Origin: Adineta vaga
Taxonomy: Eukaryota; Animalia; Rotifera
NCBI GenBank assembly: GCA_021613535.1
Contig: CP075496.1
Coordinates: 7,378,001-7,442,000 of the forward strand
Length of the DNA: 64,000 bases
Reading direction: 5' to 3'
The translations under genes and the position numbers were made by a program. The stretch's first letter is position 1; every line of letters starts with the position of its first letter. Of the stretch, positions 61,395 through 64,000 are shown in pieces. The notes beneath the pieces were generated by a model that did no database searches, was not told where the DNA came from, and was given only the letters and a program-made list of their open reading frames with translations.

Positions 61395-64000
61395 TGTTTG
61401 ATTGAAAATTCGATTAGATCATAACGAGATTTTTTTACATCTACATATCATTCATCTTGTTAGACATTCGATCTAATCTTTCAGTGTTTTACTTCGATTC
61501 TGTTTCTCTCTCTTTCTCACTTTTTTTCGTACAAAAATAAGTAATTTGAACTCGATAATGAACAAACGATTGAGTAAGAATGTTATAAAAATAGAGAAGT
61601 GTTTTAACGGCCTTCAATAACATGTTGTTAGGTAGACGTAATGCAAATTTTGAGGACTTCTTTTTCTATGATGTCGATTCAATGATTTAAAAGCAGTTCT
61701 AGACACCTGTGTTGCCTTTTATTAATATTTTTTTCTCATTCAGCTACTTTATATGAGAATATTGCTTTTATGGATATATCAAGCGTACATTTCTATATAA
61801 AAGAAGAAAAAAATTGTCAATGTGTTCTTTTAATTCAGTCGAGAAACTGGTTAGTGACGATAATTTCTACTAAAATTAAATCAAGATAAAAAAAAGTTCG
61901 AAAGTACCTTTACGTAATATTAGATAGGAGAAGAAATTCAATATCGTTGATTTTCTTTTCTATTTCTCATCAAAATAAACGACATCAATCAAAGATTTAC
62001 TTTGGTAAGTAATTTCAAGAAATACCATTGTAATTATCTCAGTATGACATACTATACGTAATCTATATATGAATACAAGCATGTCGACTTAGTTTTCAGT
62101 CGGAAACCAAATAAGAAACGTTCAGGTTAGAGATAAGGTGTGCTTCAATGTTCACAATGTTGAAGGTCAAGAAGACTAGATCTTGACTATCACTTGAACA
62201 GAATAGAAAAAGAATATAGCTAAGTACTATTCGTAGAATGATGAGAAACCAAGCAAAATGCTAATGCAATCAGAGTACAAATGAATACGTGTGAGAAAAA
62301 AAGAATTCCTTCTCTTTTTCTCAAGATACCTGTTCAATGCTCGATTACACGCAATGATGATGAGACGAAGAAGACATTGAAAAAGTGTATGAAGTATTCA
62401 ATACAAAGGTTAACCTTTCAAATACTTGTTCATTCTACTAAATTATTTCTTAGAAATATGTCTCTCTCTCTCTCTCCATCTCTCTCTTTGCTATAATTTA
62501 TCCTTCGATCTCCTATTAGTTTCATTAGAGTTAAGTATGGACTGATTTTTCTTCTCTGTCTAGCTTGTGTCATACTAATGGTAGATTTCATCTAATGCAT
62601 GTTTAGTTTCAAATCAGAAGGTCGAAATAAGAAACTATTATAGTATTAATCATAACAATATGATCGATTTTTGCTTGTTGTCGATTCTATTCGTGTTAAT
62701 TGACTTATTAGTATTCTACATTTATCGAGCACTAAAGACAGACGTATATGTTTATTTTTCGCATGTCATTTGTCTTCATTAACAAGCACGCGATTGTACT
62801 AACGACATGTTTGTTCACTATACCGGTTCATACAATCAATGAACATCGATTAAAAATCAACAATGAATAGGTACTTGTTAATAAAATGTTTTTTGTTCTA
62901 TTAGTGAGTAGTAGACATGCTTCACATTTAAACAATTGGTGTCTTAATTTTAATTACTCATATACATATGCATGCATGTGCAATGAAAGATATATCTATA
63001 AAAAAAAGACGGAAGCATGTGTATACGCCTTCTTTCAGCTCTAACTTTCCGGTTGCTTGATTGAACAATTACAGTCAACAGAGTTAACCGATGAAAAAGA
63101 ATCAAGTGGCTTCGTTTTTCTTCTTCTTCTTCTTCTTCTTCTTGGACTTTCTCTTTTTTCTTTCTCTTGTCTTTACTGATAGTCAACGACGAAGATCTTT
63201 CTTTCTTCGTCTTCTTCTTCTTCTTTTTGTTGAAGAAATAAAGTCAAAAAGTGGCTACTCGAATTTTAATAGAATTGATAAGTATCACTAAGTTATGTAT
63301 GGATAGCGTTCAAATTGAATTTGTACTCATTGAGCAGAAAAACTGCCAAGATGAAAATCCGATCAGTTCTGAGGTAAATTGATTATCTTTTTTTTCCTCT
63401 GTCTATTTCTCATTCTTTTTTTCTGTTCTGATTGTCGATCACCTGTCTGAAGATGACCTCGTTTGTATTATTACGTACTTCTTCTTTATCTTTTTTTCTC
63501 TTTTATTCTATTTCTATAATCGATGACTACTACTAGTTCCAATAAACGTAAAAAGCAAGTTTCACTCGTTCAGATCATCGGCAATTGTCTCATGATGATT
63601 TATTCCCTGAGGAGGGTGAGAAAATGAAAGAAAGAACAAAAAGAAGAAGAAGAAGAAGAGAAACACCAAAACGGACATAAGAAAAAGAAAATTTATTTAG
63701 TACGCCGAAAATCTCTTGAGCGTTCTTTCCTCTTATTGATCAAACTCTTTGTTCTACATCATCTTTCTTCAATCGATTGGCTTGCTATCCATTGTAATTG
63801 TTTTTTTTTCGGAGGTAAGTGATATAGGTCTCGACAATCATTTCAACAGAGACAGAATCAGATAGACAGACATGAGGAAAAAGAAAATAACACTAGATAT
63901 ACATATATTTATACATATATCTGTATCTATGTGTCCCGAGGTAATCGATGCATACTGTGTTGACCTTGTTACAGTATCTCGTGTTTCATTTGTAAGAATC

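Noticed and set aside
63299-63620. Possible first exons of a gene leaving the right edge (MDSVQIEFVLIEQKNCQDENPISSE; ...RSDHRQLSHDDLFPEE)
   Set aside because: Plausible donors but no recognisable homology, and one needs a frameshift; insufficient support.

Overview
Eukaryotic (metazoan) genomic DNA: AT-rich, with many short (~50-70 nt) GT-AG introns. The gene complement and style suggest a bdelloid rotifer (inference). About 21 protein-coding genes can be reconstructed by hand: ROCK, a TTC25/ODAD4-like TPR protein, an Ig-like membrane protein, a class A GPCR, a thaumatin-CBM52 fusion, Maelstrom, COX5A, ELMOD, a WD40 protein, DCN1, an NPF precursor, malic enzyme, Homer, SF3B4, two tandem PRORP (protein-only RNase P)-like genes, an orphan surface protein, a syntaxin, a TAF10-like gene, an inverted pair of EF-hand/Gly-Ser/Pro-rich paralogs and a divergent 14-3-3. 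Highlights: (1) a tandem PRORP pair, one keeping the nuclease aspartates and one a pseudo-nuclease, both lacking most Zn ligands, packed with SF3B4 in an operon-like unit; (2) operon-like spacing with splice acceptors just before start codons; (3) an NPF precursor with an EF-hand in its C-terminal peptide; (4) a fungal-like thaumatin+CBM52 HGT candidate; (5) a 170-nt gene-conversion-like tract between inverted paralogs. Several single-base frameshifts at short homopolymers, including one in Maelstrom, are most likely assembly errors. No RNA genes, transposons or CRISPR arrays were recognised. Multi-exon CDS features are given as start-to-stop spans.
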